From Octopus vulgaris (Eukaryota), in contig OX597818.1 in the NCBI GenBank assembly GCA_951406725.2, positions 18,786,001 through 18,850,000 on the forward strand: 64,000 bases of DNA, read 5' to 3'. The first letter of the stretch is position 1. The number at the start of each line of letters is the position of its first letter. Below are positions 13,105 through 25,671 of this stretch, in pieces. Made by a program: the position numbers and the translations under genes. The notes beneath the pieces are model-generated. The model ran no database searches. It was not told the DNA's origin and saw only the letters and a program-made list of their open reading frames with translations.

Positions 13105-13235
13105 GTATTCTTTTTTACCAGCCTCGAAAGGATGAAAAGCAAAGTTGACCTCGGCAGGGTTTCAAACTCTTAGCACATTGTCAGAACAAATACTATAACG
13201 CATTCTGTCGGACATTCTAATGACTCTGCCAGTTC
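13105..13235 (-). mobile_element. SINE family B fragment
   Basis: cgaaaggatgaaaagcaaagttgacctcggcagg is the reverse complement of the family core. Confidence 0.65.
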
Positions 13236-13259
13236 ACCTTTCAATATTCAAACTCTACA

Positions 13260-13465
13260 AGGCGACGAACCGACAAAATCGTTCCGCGTCAGGCGAAATG
13301 CTTAACGGTATTTTGTCCGTCTTAACGTTCTGAGTTCAAATTCTACTTTGCCTTTCATTCTATCGACGTCGATAGAGTAAGTACCAGTCGTGTACTGGAG
13401 TAGATATACGTGTTTTACCCACTGCACTGAACTTGTTGGCCTTGAGCCAAAATTCGAAACCAATA
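13260..13465 (+). mobile_element. SINE family B copy
   Basis: aggcgacgaac...gttctgagttcaaatt...ttgcctttcatt...agtaccagt...ggccttgagccaaaattcgaaacc. Confidence 0.75.
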
Positions 13466-14406
13466 TTTAAAATGTACGTCTCGAGATCAAAACATTTAGA
13501 ATTAACTTTGTTTTTCAGTTCAGCTTTTTGTCTATAATCGATATATCATGTAGTGGAACTAATGCTCTCTCTAATGATGTGTGCCCTTTTGTCAAATTAG
13601 GTCATAATTTTATAAGTTTTGAGTTAAAGTGCTGTCAGTAAAATAATTCCAAGTTACATCTCGGTGTTGAGTTATCTGTCACCAGATAAATCAGCACAAA
13701 GGTATCAGATAACTAGCTATGGATTGGGCAGTTTGTGACTATAATAGACAATAATGCACAATATTTTGTGTTTACGTAGAGAACACTAATGGCGGAGGTT
13801 TAAAGCGAGAACCACAATGAGATACTGCTAAGTCTCGAACAATAATTGAGTTCTAGAAATGAATACTGATCTCACGCTTATGGTTGAGGCACCGATTGCG
13901 AGGATAGTAATTCAGCTTTAAAATGAAGACATTATGTTTGTGCTTTTTATTTGATGATAGTGTTCTATGAATACTGGCGGTCAAGTGGATAAAATTCTTC
14001 ATACAAACAGACAACGAGAGCTCGATGATTCATAATCTGTCTTCAGTGATGTAACCGTGGTAATTTCCAAACCACAAGTTCCAAATGACCCTGTTGAAAA
14101 CAACATAACTCAAATATAACATACTTGTTTCTGTCGCAACTGTTCTTGTTGCAGTCACAATATAGTCTAAAAATATAACTTCCTAAAAAAAGCTTAGATT
14201 AATGTTAATGTAGTTAATATCCAGCTTAGAGTATATTTTATACGCAGTATTGGTTTTTGCTTTGAAAATAATGTCTGATTATATAGTATGTCTGCGTAAA
14301 TATATGCATCGTGTATACGTACTAACCAGAATGTAGAACCATGCGCGCTTGAAACAACCAGATGTTAAAGAAGTTTATACATACACATAAGTATATATAT
14401 ATACAT

Positions 14407-14473
<67 letters not shown>

Positions 14474-14701
14474 TTAAAGCAAGAAGGTAGATGCGATCCT
14501 TTACGCTTGAAATATGCATTGTTACCGGTACTAGTGCCGTCGATTTCGATTAATATTCACCATAAACATCTTAGGTGTGTGTGTGTAAGAGTAAACAAGA
14601 GAGACAGAGACAGGCAGAAACAAAGAATATGCCCCTTATATTTGAATACTATGGAAATATTCTTTCAAAAACTTTCAAAATTTAATTCTTTTCCCTACTT
14701 A

Positions 14702-14737
14702 CAGTTGATAAAGTCTCAATGACTGAAACCGGTACTG
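14702..14737 (+). ncRNA. Minimal hammerhead ribozyme, U3-A8 variant
   Basis: CAG-TTGATAA-AGTCtcaatGACT-GAA-ACCGGT-A|CTG; all stems pair, GUA site. Confidence 0.78.
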
Positions 14738-14963
14738 AAATGTTTTTCATAAAATTATTTTAGCATTTTCTACCTTGACTCTTTTCCCATATATATATAT
14801 ATATATATATAGGTAGACACACATACGTATACACATACATACACACACACGCACGCACGCACGCACGCACGCACGCACACATACACACACACTTATATAT
14901 ATATATATATATATATAGCGAAGATGATTTGAAAATGCAAAGGTCTTTTAAAGATGTTTATTG

Positions 14964-15010
14964 ACTTGACCGGTTTCACTTTCTTTAAAAATAAAAAGAT
15001 TTTCAAAAGT
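14964..15010 (-). ncRNA. Minimal hammerhead ribozyme, U3-A8 variant
   Basis: ACTT-TTGAAAA-tCTTT...AAAGt-GAA-ACCGGT-C|AAGT; GUC site. Confidence 0.68.
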
Positions 15011-15448
15011 AAAATATAAGGCTTAGTGTAACCTTTGTGGTGCTAAAAAAAAGTTAGCATAGATGTATTAAAATACAGTCTTTGACAATGGTAACAAATT
15101 GTTTGGCAAAAACACGTACAAGATTAGAGATGGAGAAAAAGGTTGGTCATTCCCCTTATATTCTGTATAAATATTCAAATATGATTTCTGATGAAGTTTT
15201 GAGTAAGCAATACACGCTTTCTCCTATCAAATACTGTCTACAAATTCTTTCTGTATATATGCTTATACACAATCAAGATTTTTGATGAACATAGAAATAA
15301 TTTTGAATTTATTTTACTACCTCTTTTTACCACTTTATGCAAAACTTAACATTTTCCTTATCATTGTCAAAGATTCCATTTCTGAAAATTTTATATTTAT
15401 ATTTTACATATTTTCACTCGTGCGGTACCTTCCAATTTTACTTGGTTT

Positions 15449-15482
<34 letters not shown>

Positions 15483-15971
15483 TGTATGTATGTATAATAT
15501 AACTTATGCAGTAGAGTTACAAATGGGGCAAATTTAACTGTTTCTTCGTAGATTGAAAACCGATGAACAACCTTAACTGATTTTCGAACCTGACTAGGTT
15601 CGCATTAGATGTGTCTATGCCAATTTTGGGCAATCCTAAGAAAAGAAGCTGTCAATCTGTTTAGAAAGCCAATAAATACAGTAGCTACAGAGAAGTGGAC
15701 TACTAATAGTAGTAATTGTATAACTACATAATGTATATATTATATGCCTATTGTTTCTAACCATAGCTGGTGCTGGTCAGGAGTGCTGGTCAGGACCGTT
15801 CATCACTTTTGTGACATATTAATTTTGTCTTTAGGTTCAAATTACTAATAAGCCACCCATTTAATTTATTGCTTACACTTTTATCTCTTTGAAAATCAGC
15901 TCAGGTTTTCAACGGATTTTCTTATTAGATTGACAGAGGTATTTGAGTTTAACCCTAGGCGTTAAGAGTCG

Positions 15972-16018
15972 CTGACGAGGGTTAAGATGCTATGCGTCAA
16001 ATCCGAATTCGTTCGATC
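15972..16018 (+). ncRNA. Hammerhead motif with A15.1U change, between partial direct repeats
   Basis: CTGACGA-GGGTTaaGATGCtatGCGTCaAATCC-GAAT-TCGttCGA-TC; stem I decayed. Confidence 0.55.
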
Positions 16019-16188
16019 CAGTTATATACATTACCGCCCTTTGTGAGTCTAAGTAGAGAGCTTTGTGGCTTTTTAGTTTTTTTAACTCTTGCTTTTAAAT
16101 CTTGTGCTGATCAATATCCTCCGTCACTTTTGTGACCTCTATTAATTTTGCTTTTAGGTTCAAATTGTTAATTCACCCATTTAATTTG

Positions 16189-16252
<64 letters not shown>

Positions 16253-16807
16253 GTATATTTATATATATCTTTAATTTGTTTTATATATATATCTTTGTAT
16301 ACACACATATCACACATACACATACACATGCACACGCAAACGAAATTGTCTTTACAGGAATATCTTTAGGAGTATTAACAACGCACACCAAAATTCCTTA
16401 TTCTTTTTGTTCACTTCTTGAGTTGTCGAATTTTCGCCTCACTTCAACTATCTGCTCACTTAACACAATTCCATTGCATCAATTGAAAGTTAGTTACAGG
16501 CAAGTTTTCATAGGCATTGGATATTTGTTTTTTCATTTTTCCCCGCCATTTTAATTCGTTCTAACATTAAAGGAAACCTCCCGAGACTTATACATTCTCA
16601 CAAATCATTAATTTTCGACAGTTCCAGCAGAAACGTGCCTGTGACCAAAATCACAAAAGTGTGTAGAAATTTTCGACACCTTAAACGAAAATTGAGATTA
16701 ATTATAATAACACGTCCACCACGATGTTGCTAACATACGCCTTCTTCGACACAGGGTTTCAGAACAAGTTACTTGCCCTATAAATACAACACCCCTCCAC
16801 ACACATC

Positions 16808-17038
16808 TTTTATCTTTTACTTGTTTCAGTCATTAGATTGCAGCCATGCTAGCGTACCGCCTTGCAGAATTTGGTTTAGTTGAATGGAACGACCCTGTGC
16901 TTATTTCTTTAAAGGTTGATATATATTCTATCGGTCACTTCTGCCGAACAGCTCAGTTACGAGGATGTAAACACACAAGCACCGGTTGTCAAGCAGTGGT
17001 GGAGGACAAACACAGACGCAAAGACACACATAGCTATA

Positions 17039-17093
<55 letters not shown>

Positions 17094-17256
17094 GATGAGA
17101 TTCTTTCAGTTTCCGTCTACCTAATCCACTCACAAAGCTTTTGGTCGGCCTGAGGATATGGTATAAGACACTTGCTTAAGGTGCCACGCAGTGGGACTGA
17201 ACCCGGAGCAATGTGGTTGGGAAGCGAACTTCTAATCATACAGCCATGCCTGCGCC
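16808..17256 (-). mobile_element. SINE family A copy
   Basis: Full-length reverse-complement match to 4243-4690. Confidence 0.85.
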
Positions 17257-17295
17257 TTATATGTATATATTATTCTTAACCATAAATATTATTGA

Positions 17296-17338
17296 GACTG
17301 ACTTCGAAGTTTTGGCCAGCTAAGTCATCGTCAGACTG
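17296..17338 (-). ncRNA. Degenerate hammerhead motif
   Basis: CTGACGA-TGACttagctGGCC-AAA-ACTTCGAAGT-C; G12A change, 10-nt palindromic stem III. Confidence 0.5.
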
Positions 17339-17363
17339 TTTTTATTATAACTATGTATTGGAG

Positions 17364-17436
17364 AGAGAATTAGCACAGGTTGTAGAATGCTTGCTTAGCA
17401 TGTAAGTGGATCCAGGATCGAAACCCGGACTCTCCA
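17364..17436 (+). pseudogene. tRNA-Ala(AGC) pseudogene
   Basis: AGAGAATTAGCACAGGTTGTAGAATGCTTGCTTAGCATGTAAGTGGATCCAGGATCGAAACCCGGACTCTCCA: Ala-type anticodon arm and GATCGA T-loop; mismatches in acceptor, D and T stems. Confidence 0.75.
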
Positions 17437-17449
17437 CATCAGCATAGAG

Positions 17450-17652
17450 ACGGCAAGTTGGCGGAATCGTTAGTACGCCGGTCAAAATATTTAGCGGTAT
17501 TTCCTCCATCTTTATGTTCTGAAGTCAAATGCCGCCGAAGTCAACTTTGCTTTTCATTCTTTCGGGTACGATAGATTAAGTTCCAGTTAAACATTGGGCG
17601 CCATGTAATTGACTTAATACTTCCAACAAAATTGCGCAAAAAAATTAAAACC
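17450..17652 (+). mobile_element. SINE family B copy
   Basis: ggcaagttggcggaatcgttagtacgccgg...gccgaagtcaactttgcttttcatt. Confidence 0.75.
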
Positions 17653-17729
17653 TATATATATATATATAAAGGTTTTTTGTGACATCCTTAAAACCAGGAA
17701 TGTTTCAGCACCCCATCATAAATATATAT

Positions 17730-18190
17730 ATATATATATATAACTTATAAATGAGAGCCTCAGTTCAAATCGCACGTGTCTTGAATGGGCTGGAGTATTT
17801 CTATTTGGGATGTATTTGGGGTACTTAGTTGTGCTCATGACTTAGCGTTTTGCTTCTTTCAAGGGTATGAGTAAGTATCTCATTTATTTCTTAGCCACAT
17901 TTATCACTGACGAAGGGAGGGTTCTTACGAACTAACCCTGAAATCGGCCCGATATGATAATAATGGAATTTTTTAGAAATTTCTGTCGGCTTTTTTTCGA
18001 GTAGCGAGCGTATTGTGAAAAATTAGATGGTAATGGACGATATGTCCAATTTTCGGCATATTTGGCATTAGAAATGTTTTCGTTTGCCCTTATTTATAAG
18101 TTGTTTATAATTTTAACCTTTTAAAGGTATTTTTTAATATGCTGGCCATTGATAAAATTTGTTTTCGAAAAAAAAAATTTTATCCTACAT

Positions 18191-18195
<5 letters not shown>
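17730..18195 (+). mobile_element. (TA)n-flanked Penelope-type non-coding repeat carrying the hammerhead
   Basis: 17962-18195 recurs twice at 46195-46543; both sides abut TA runs. Confidence 0.6.
17895..17966 (+). ncRNA. Complete canonical type I hammerhead ribozyme
   Basis: CCAcatTTATCA-CTGACGA-AGGGaggGTTCttacGAACtaaCCCT-GAA-ATCGgccCGAT-A|TGATAAtaaTGG; predicted cut 17954/17955. Confidence 0.88.
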
Positions 18196-18234
<39 letters not shown>

Positions 18235-18701
18235 TGTGTGTGTGTATATATATATATCGCATCACATAGTGGAAACAGCTGTAAGCAAATGAAATTCATA
18301 AGATAATCGGCTATTCCTTTGTCATCTCTTATTTGAAACCCCTCTCTATCCAAATAACACTTCGTAGGGGAGCATAAATATATAATGAGTTCTACGCCAG
18401 GTTATTAGCATTGCAATTCCTAAGCGACATACACAAATACAAACACACACTCACACACAATGAATGAGGGAAACGGATAATGGAGCTTGCAAGAAGTTTT
18501 ATAAAGATTTTTGCAAACTTCATTTCCCGTTTCCTTCAACGAATACAGCCCAATTCCTGAAGCAGATCCAGTGACACTTATATCAAAACTGTGGATGACA
18601 TCAGGTAGCATAAACAGAGAAAGTGCCTTAATCGGTATATTACTAACCATATACAAAATAATTATACACACACACACACAAACATATATATATATATATA
18701 T

Positions 18702-18765
<64 letters not shown>

Positions 18766-19336
18766 ACATACATACATACATACATACATACATACATACA
18801 TACATACATACATACATACAGAGACATGTAGGATGGGAGAGAGAGAGAGAGAGAGAGAGAGGTAGGGATAGGCCGACGGACAGATAGACAGAAGAGAGAT
18901 GTATTTATGTATGTGTATATAGTATATTAAATGTTTATTATTGTAAGGCAGAAGTAACCAGCCAAGAACAGAGAAATATAGGAATTACTTGGGTGACGTT
19001 AATGCCGCTAATACTTTATATACACGTAATAAGAATTCAAACATCCATGATTTAATTAGGCAAATAGTTAATTAGTGTCTGACTTAATTATGCATGTTAA
19101 AAGGATAACTTTATTTCGAACAACACGACATCCGTACGTCTTGCTACATCTATAAACAGCAGTCCCTCCCTTATACCAACAATTGTTATGACTCGCTCAA
19201 AATATATCTCTTAATCTCTACCAAAAATTTTAGGGATATCTTCACCTCCTTCACTGCCATCTCTCTTGATTCCACATATTTTTGCGCTTGTTTTGCCTTG
19301 TTACTATTGTTGCTATTCTGGCTTTGTCTTGATTTC

Positions 19337-19545
<209 letters not shown>

Positions 19546-21062
19546 ATGATATCTACTCTGTCTCTGTTCTGTCTCTGCACTGACTCTGCTCCAGTTGTTT
19601 TCCTATCTTCGCAGTAATTTCGCTTGCTGTTACTGGCGGTGGTCTTGGTGTTTGTGATGGTGACGATGTTGATCGTGTTGGCGATGGTATGTTTCCGTTG
19701 TGGCTGATGTCAGCGATGGTGGGGATTATGTGATCGGGACGATGTTGTCGATAACGTTGCGATGGTGGTGTTGGCAGTGAACCTTCATACGGCTGCCGTT
19801 GATGGCGATTTGCTTTGATTTTATTCGGAAGGTGATGCTCTTGATACTGGTGACAGTAACGTTAGTGCTGATGGTGATGTTTTGATGCGTTTGACATGAT
19901 GTCGGTGGTGACGGCGGCAATGATGACAGAAGTGATGTTGCGTTTTTCGGTGGGAAGGTGGAGTGTCTTGATGATGAAGATGAAAGACTAATGACAGACT
20001 GTGGTGGTAATTCTGTCGGTGAAATGTTTATGACGGCGTTGTTTTGGAGGTTGAACCCATACAGAGGAGCTGGCGACAACACAGCGGGGTTGAAGGAGGC
20101 AAGGCAGAAGCTGTGATAATACACTGGAACAGGTTGCAATGTAGCGATGTTGATGATGCGGATACGTCGGCCATATTTTTCTCGAGAAGACCTACAATCA
20201 ATAAGGGTTCTTATAACTCAAATATTATAAATATTGTTGTTGTTGTTGTTGTTGTTGTTGTCATGTTATTGTTTAGTCTGAGGTAAGTTTTTACTGTTGT
20301 AACGGACCCACAATCGAAGACATTCCAGCCGCGTCCATTCCGTCTTTTTCTTACAACTAGGGAAGTCAGGCTTGCATTATGCTTCATGACCTGGTCCTGT
20401 TCTTTCCGAAATCGGTAGAGTCCGAGTTAAGGGGAAACTAACTGGCTATCATTTCATGCACGTCAAAAGAGCACGTGGCAGCCCTTTAGGCCATTGCTGA
20501 AGGTATTGCTGGTGATGGTGATGGTGGTGGTGATGGAACTTTCGGTGGTGGTAGTGGAGGAACTTTCGGTGGTAGTGTTGATGTAGCTCTTTAGTGTTGA
20601 TGTTCAATTAGTTATTAACTTTCTGGACGCTCTTCTTGTCATGTGAGGGGTGAAGGTAGGGGTGGCGCTATTAATGGATGCATGATGATGGGCGGTGATG
20701 GTGATGATGGTGGTGATAGTGATGATGGTAATGAAGGAAGTGTTGTTGGCTATGGTTACATTTAACGGTAGCGATGTTGGTGTGGTGATGTTGGTATGTT
20801 AGTGTATATAGGAGTTTAGTGTTGCCAGAGACGATTAGGACGTCAGCGACGACGACGACGACGACGACGATGGCGATGATGAATGTGATCGTGCGATGAT
20901 AGCTGAATTTAGTGGCTGTAAATAACGGTGGCGATGGTGAAGGTGTTGCTAATAGTAATGGTGATAGGGGTAGTCGTAGTAGTGGCGGAGCTAGTTCGCA
21001 ATGGTGTTGGTAGTGGTGGTGTCTTGTTAATGTTAGTGATCGGGGCGGTGGAGAAGGGAAAT

Positions 21063-21818
21063 TGTAGTGAGAGTAAAGGTGGCGGTAAGTGGTCGTGTCG
21101 GTAGTAGAAGTGGTGGTTGAGGTATTGGTGGTGGTGGTTGTAGTGAGAGTAAAGGTGGCGGTAAGTGGTTGTGTCGGTAGTAGAAGTGGTGGTTGAGATA
21201 TTGGTGGTGGTGGTTGTAGTGAGAGTAAAGGTGGCGGTAAGTGGTCGTGTCGGTAGTAGAATTGGTGGTTGAGGTATTGGTGGTGGTGGTTGTAGTGAGA
21301 GTAAAGGTGGCGGTAAGTGGTCGTGTCGGTAGTAGAAGTGTGGTTGAGGTATTGGTGGTGGTGGTTGTAGTGAGAGTAAAGGTGGCGGTAAGTGGTTGTG
21401 TCGGTAGTAGAAGTGGTGGTTGAGGTATTGGTGGTGGTTGGTTGTAGTGTGAGTAAAGGTGGCGGTAAGTGGTTGTGTCGGTAGTAGAAGTGGTGGTTGA
21501 GGTATTGGTGGTGGTGGTTGTAGTGAGAGTAAAGGTGGCGGTAAGTGGTTGTGTCGGTAGTAGAAGTGGTGGTTGAGGTATTGGTGGTGGTGGTTGTAGT
21601 GAGAGTAAAGGTGGCGGTAAGTGGTTGTGTCGGTAGTAGAAGTGGTGGTTGAGGTATTGGTGGTGGTGGTGGTTGTAGTGAGAGTAAAGGTGGCGGTAAG
21701 TGGTTGTGTCGGTAGTAGAAGTGGTGGTTGAGGTATTGGTGGTGGTGGTTGTAGTGAGAGTAAAGGTGGCGGTAAGTGGTTGTGTCGGTAGTAGAAGTGG
21801 TGGTTGAGGTGGTGGTGG
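21063..21818. repeat. 76-bp GT-rich minisatellite, about 10 copies
   Basis: Unit gtagtgagagtaaaggtggcggtaagtggttgtgtcggtagtagaagtggtggttgaggtattggtggtggtggtt starts at 21064, 21140, 21216, 21292, 21367, 21444, 21520, 21596, 21675, 21751. Confidence 0.95.
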
Positions 21819-22209
21819 TAGTGGTGTAGGTAGATGTAGTTGTGAGTACGGTGCAGCAGTTATATATAACCTCCCCCTCTCCATACAATACTGGTTGTCA
21901 ATAGTTACTATTATGGTAGTTATCGTTGTTGTTGTTGTTGTTACTGCTGCTTCTGTTAACCCTCCTTTTGTTGCTGCTGTTGTTGCTGCTGCTGCTGCTA
22001 TTGCTATTGCTGTTGCTGTTGCTGCTTCTGGTGCAGCTTCTGCTGCTGGGATTGCTGCTACTGCAACTTCTGCACTTATTGATGTCATTGCAACAGCTGC
22101 TGCAGCTAGTTGCGATTTTTCGATGATTTCTACAGCTGTTGCTCGTGAAACTCATGATCGACTTATTGTTACTGTTGTTGTTGTTGTTGTTGTCGTCGTT
22201 GTTATTGTT

Positions 22210-22352
22210 GTATAGCTGTAGGCCAACCCTGATCAAGCAGACCTATGACCAAAGACATCCCAGCCGTGGCCATTTGGTCATATATTTGGACGGAAGAAGA
22301 TTTGGCTGCTATTTCTCTAAAGGCCGAATGACCACTAAGAGGTGCCTTCCTC
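22210..22352 (+). repeat. Interspersed repeat family D (other copies near 20271, 27210, 27915, 29155, 48675)
   Basis: Shared motifs ccctgatcaagcagacctatgaccaaagacatcccagccgtg and gatttggctgctatttct. Confidence 0.6.
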
Positions 22353-23214
22353 TCGTAATGATGATCGGTTTAGTGTTGGTGGAGTTGTTGTTGTTGGTGG
22401 TGGTGATGGCTGTGTAACTGTTGTTGCTGTTGTTGTTGTTGTTGTTGTTGTTGTTGCGGTTATTGATATAATTTTGCAATAGTGGTGGTGCTGCTGTAGG
22501 CGGTGATGGTGGCGAATGGTTATAATGATGGTAGATATGACATTACCAGAGGATTATGATGGTACTGTGGCTGCTTCTGATCGTAGTGGTGGTGCTGTCT
22601 TGTTGTTGTTGATGTTGTTGCTGCTGCTGTTGTTGTTGCTTTTGTTGTTGCTGCTGTTCTTGTTGTTGTTAAGCAACAAGACGGGTAACGGTGATTAGAT
22701 GATGGTCTAGGGCTTAGGGGCGGGAGACCCCAGACCTTGGAAAAAAAAAAAACTTTGGTCGTCTTGTTGTTGTCCAAGGCTCTTCGTTGACACCGGACAC
22801 CACAGGGTGGTGGCCTTCGAAGTCGCTGGAAATGGAGATCTCCAGGTTCGGATTCTTGAACGGCCGCTGCTGCTGCTGCTGCTGTTATTGTTGTTGTTGT
22901 GGTAGTGGTTGTGATGATTTAAAAGTAATTTGAAATGAAAGGATAGAATCAGAAAGAGGATTTGTTTGGGTGGGCGAAATGTGAGAGGCGGATAAGAAGT
23001 AGAAGAAACAGAAGTTGAATGGTGAGAAGAATAAGAAGACCATGAGGTAAGAGATCACGTGGTGTTTTGGGGGGAGGAGGTACTTATATTCTTACAACGT
23101 GTCTGTCGTGAGTATAGCACTTGCTGATATTGATGATGGTACTGCTGATGGTGGTGATGGTGTCATCGTCTTCGTCGTTGTTGTTGCTGCTTCTGCTGTC
23201 TTGGCTTGCCTAAC

Positions 23215-23840
23215 ATTAAACGCCGTTTGGATGCAGTTAGTTTTCCGTCGCAACTGGAGAGAGCGGAGTTAGACCAAAGGAACGGCCGAAGATCGATGGC
23301 AAGTCCCTTATCTGGGATGCGGTCTGCACTGATACTTTGTCCAGCGGCAATCTCATGAGATCAGCACCTGACCCAGAGGATCGCAAGTTAAAAAAAAACC
23401 CCAGAGGATCGCAAGTTAAAAAAACACAGAGGATCGCAAGTTAAAAAAACCCCAGAGGATCGCAAGTTTAAAAAAACCCCAGAGGATCGCAAGTTAAAAA
23501 AACACAGAGGATCGCAAGTTAAAAAAAACACAGAGGATCGCAAGTTTAAAAAAACCACAGAGGATCGCAAGTTAAAAAAACCCACAGAGGATCGCAAGTT
23601 AAAAAAAATACAGCAGAAGATCGCAAGTTAAAAAAGTACCTGCTACTCTCAGATCGATAACTTTTCGAACGTAGAGCAGGGGAAACCACCGGCGTTTTGA
23701 GTCCCCGAATCACTTCCTTACTCAGATTTATGGGTACAGAAATAGCCAACTAAAGTAGTGAAATACGTGAGGTGGAAATTCTCTACCAACGTATATTTTT
23801 CGCCATTATGCCGGGTAACGCATTTGCTATTTTGTCCATT
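23215..23840 (+). mobile_element. CRE-like non-LTR retrotransposon C-terminal restriction-like endonuclease remnant
   Basis: GKSLIWDAVCTDTL...AEDRKLKKY...ETTGVLSP...LYQRIFFAIMPGNAFAIL fits the WDxT..DT / E.RK..KY / ET.G / QR....I..GNA pattern. Confidence 0.72.
23373..23636. repeat. Minisatellite of about 26 bp, 10 copies of cagaggatcgcaagtt(A)n
   Basis: Ten gatcgcaag cores; variable A-tract and c/a linker. Confidence 0.95.
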
Positions 23841-24261
23841 GTGACAACGAAATATTTGCCTGAATCGGTGTTATGTATTCCTCAATAGGCAGAAGAAATA
23901 TCTGTTGCAAATAAAATTTAACACTGAAGTTGTTGTTCTCTTTTCCAGCAGACGAATGGCGGGCAGGCGATATGGGATAGGCGGAATTACTAGAGCATAA
24001 CATGAGATACATTGTGGTATTTGTTCTGACGTTTTGCATAATGAGTTCTTGGATGGTAGACTAAATTCCTCATTCGTTTTAACACCACCACTCGGTCCTT
24101 GGATGCCTTTTTCGCTAGCATTCAAACCAGGTTTCAGCTTTGAGGGTAACTTCCTCTCATCTCCGAGAATTTTTGGACACCCTGAAATGTGTGTGTGTGT
24201 GTGTTAGTGTTTTTGTGTGTGCGCGTATGTGTATGTGTGCGTGCGTGTGCGCGTGTGTAAA

Positions 24262-24580
24262 GGCGCATGGTTCAGCGGTGAGTGTGTCGAGCTCACAGTG
24301 ATGAAGTAGTGAGTTCAATTCTCGGACCGGATTATGTGTTGTGTTATTGAGCAAGACACTTTATTTCACGTTGCTCCAGTTGAAACGTCACTGGTGCCAA
24401 GCTGTATCGGCCTTTGCCTTTCCCGTGGACAACACCAGTGGGGGAGATGGGAGGCTGGTATGCATGGGCGACTGCTGGTCTTCCAAAAACAACCTCGCCC
24501 GGACTTGTGCCTCGGAAGGGAACTTTCTATATGCAATCCCATGGTCATTCATGACCTAAGGGGATCTTTAGCTTTTACCC

Positions 24581-24583
<3 letters not shown>
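24262..24583 (+). mobile_element. tRNA-derived SINE, family C
   Basis: ggcgcatggttcagcggt...gtgagttcaattctcggaccgg head; ttgagcaagacactttatttcacgttgctcc core. Confidence 0.7.
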
Positions 24584-24660
<77 letters not shown>

Positions 24661-25671
24661 AAAGATAATGGAAATTGGTCTTTCTTTCATGAAAGCAGTT
24701 AAATGAAAATTTTAAAAGATAGTCGTAAAATATAGCCATGTTTGGAACGCCTTTGATCATAAGCCTGCGCGCAAGAGCTGGCTTGGTGAAAATGACAGTA
24801 TAATGCGAGACACTTCATCACTTGAATAACTAGAACGCGTACATCCTCCTTCAAATATCTAGATATATCTACAACTCTGTCCTAAGAAGACCTTCCTTGC
24901 AACTCGGGTGAGTTACATCTACAATACCATCCACAAAAAAAGAGAAACGATTCCTGCCTTTCAACGCAAAAACATCCACGGCACCATCCTAATAAAGCTT
25001 TTTCGGTCAATCACATTAGATATAATTACAGCATCATCCTAAAAGCACTATCCGTACCACTGAGTCCAGATATAACTACGGCACCATCGTCATTGTAAAC
25101 TCATTCCTTATATGTCTGCTTTGCAAGGTGCATCTCCTTGCCAACCTGTCCAGATAAACAAACATATGAACACAAAAATAGCAACATCAGCAATATAGTG
25201 TTTTAAACCAAAGCTGTTCATGGAAGAAAAGAATAGATCAGAAAGACTTGTTTCAGTCGGGTTTTAGGTGCTCAGTGACTGGTGAAAACCTACGACAAGA
25301 TTGAAACTTGCCAAGCTATTTTTTTGTTTTCTAGTATCTGTGTCTATGACTACATAGAATATTGCAAATAAAGACAAGGTTTTTGTAATTGTGAATTTCA
25401 GAATACTTGATAAAAACTATAGAGATACTCTGTAGTACAATTTAGCATATCACATGTTGTATATGAATTATTGATTGTGAGCTGGTGTTTATTTGCATGG
25501 GCGAAATGCGCTGCTTGGTATATCTTTTAAGTTTTGACATCAATTCGTAATACATACTGCTTTGTACGTATGTGTGCTATGAATGTTGTACTGACATATG
25601 TAACATCTAGTAATTTGTTTTCTTGTGTGTTTAATATTGTTATGTTATTATTTTATTATCTGGTTATATAA

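Noticed and set aside
20671-22088. 405-aa and 351-aa mucin-like ORFs
   Set aside because: They arise from a 76-bp non-triplet minisatellite; the peptide cycles through three frames
23373-23636. CRISPR-like appearance of short regularly spaced repeats
   Set aside because: No unique spacers (only A-tract variation), eukaryotic context, no cas genes
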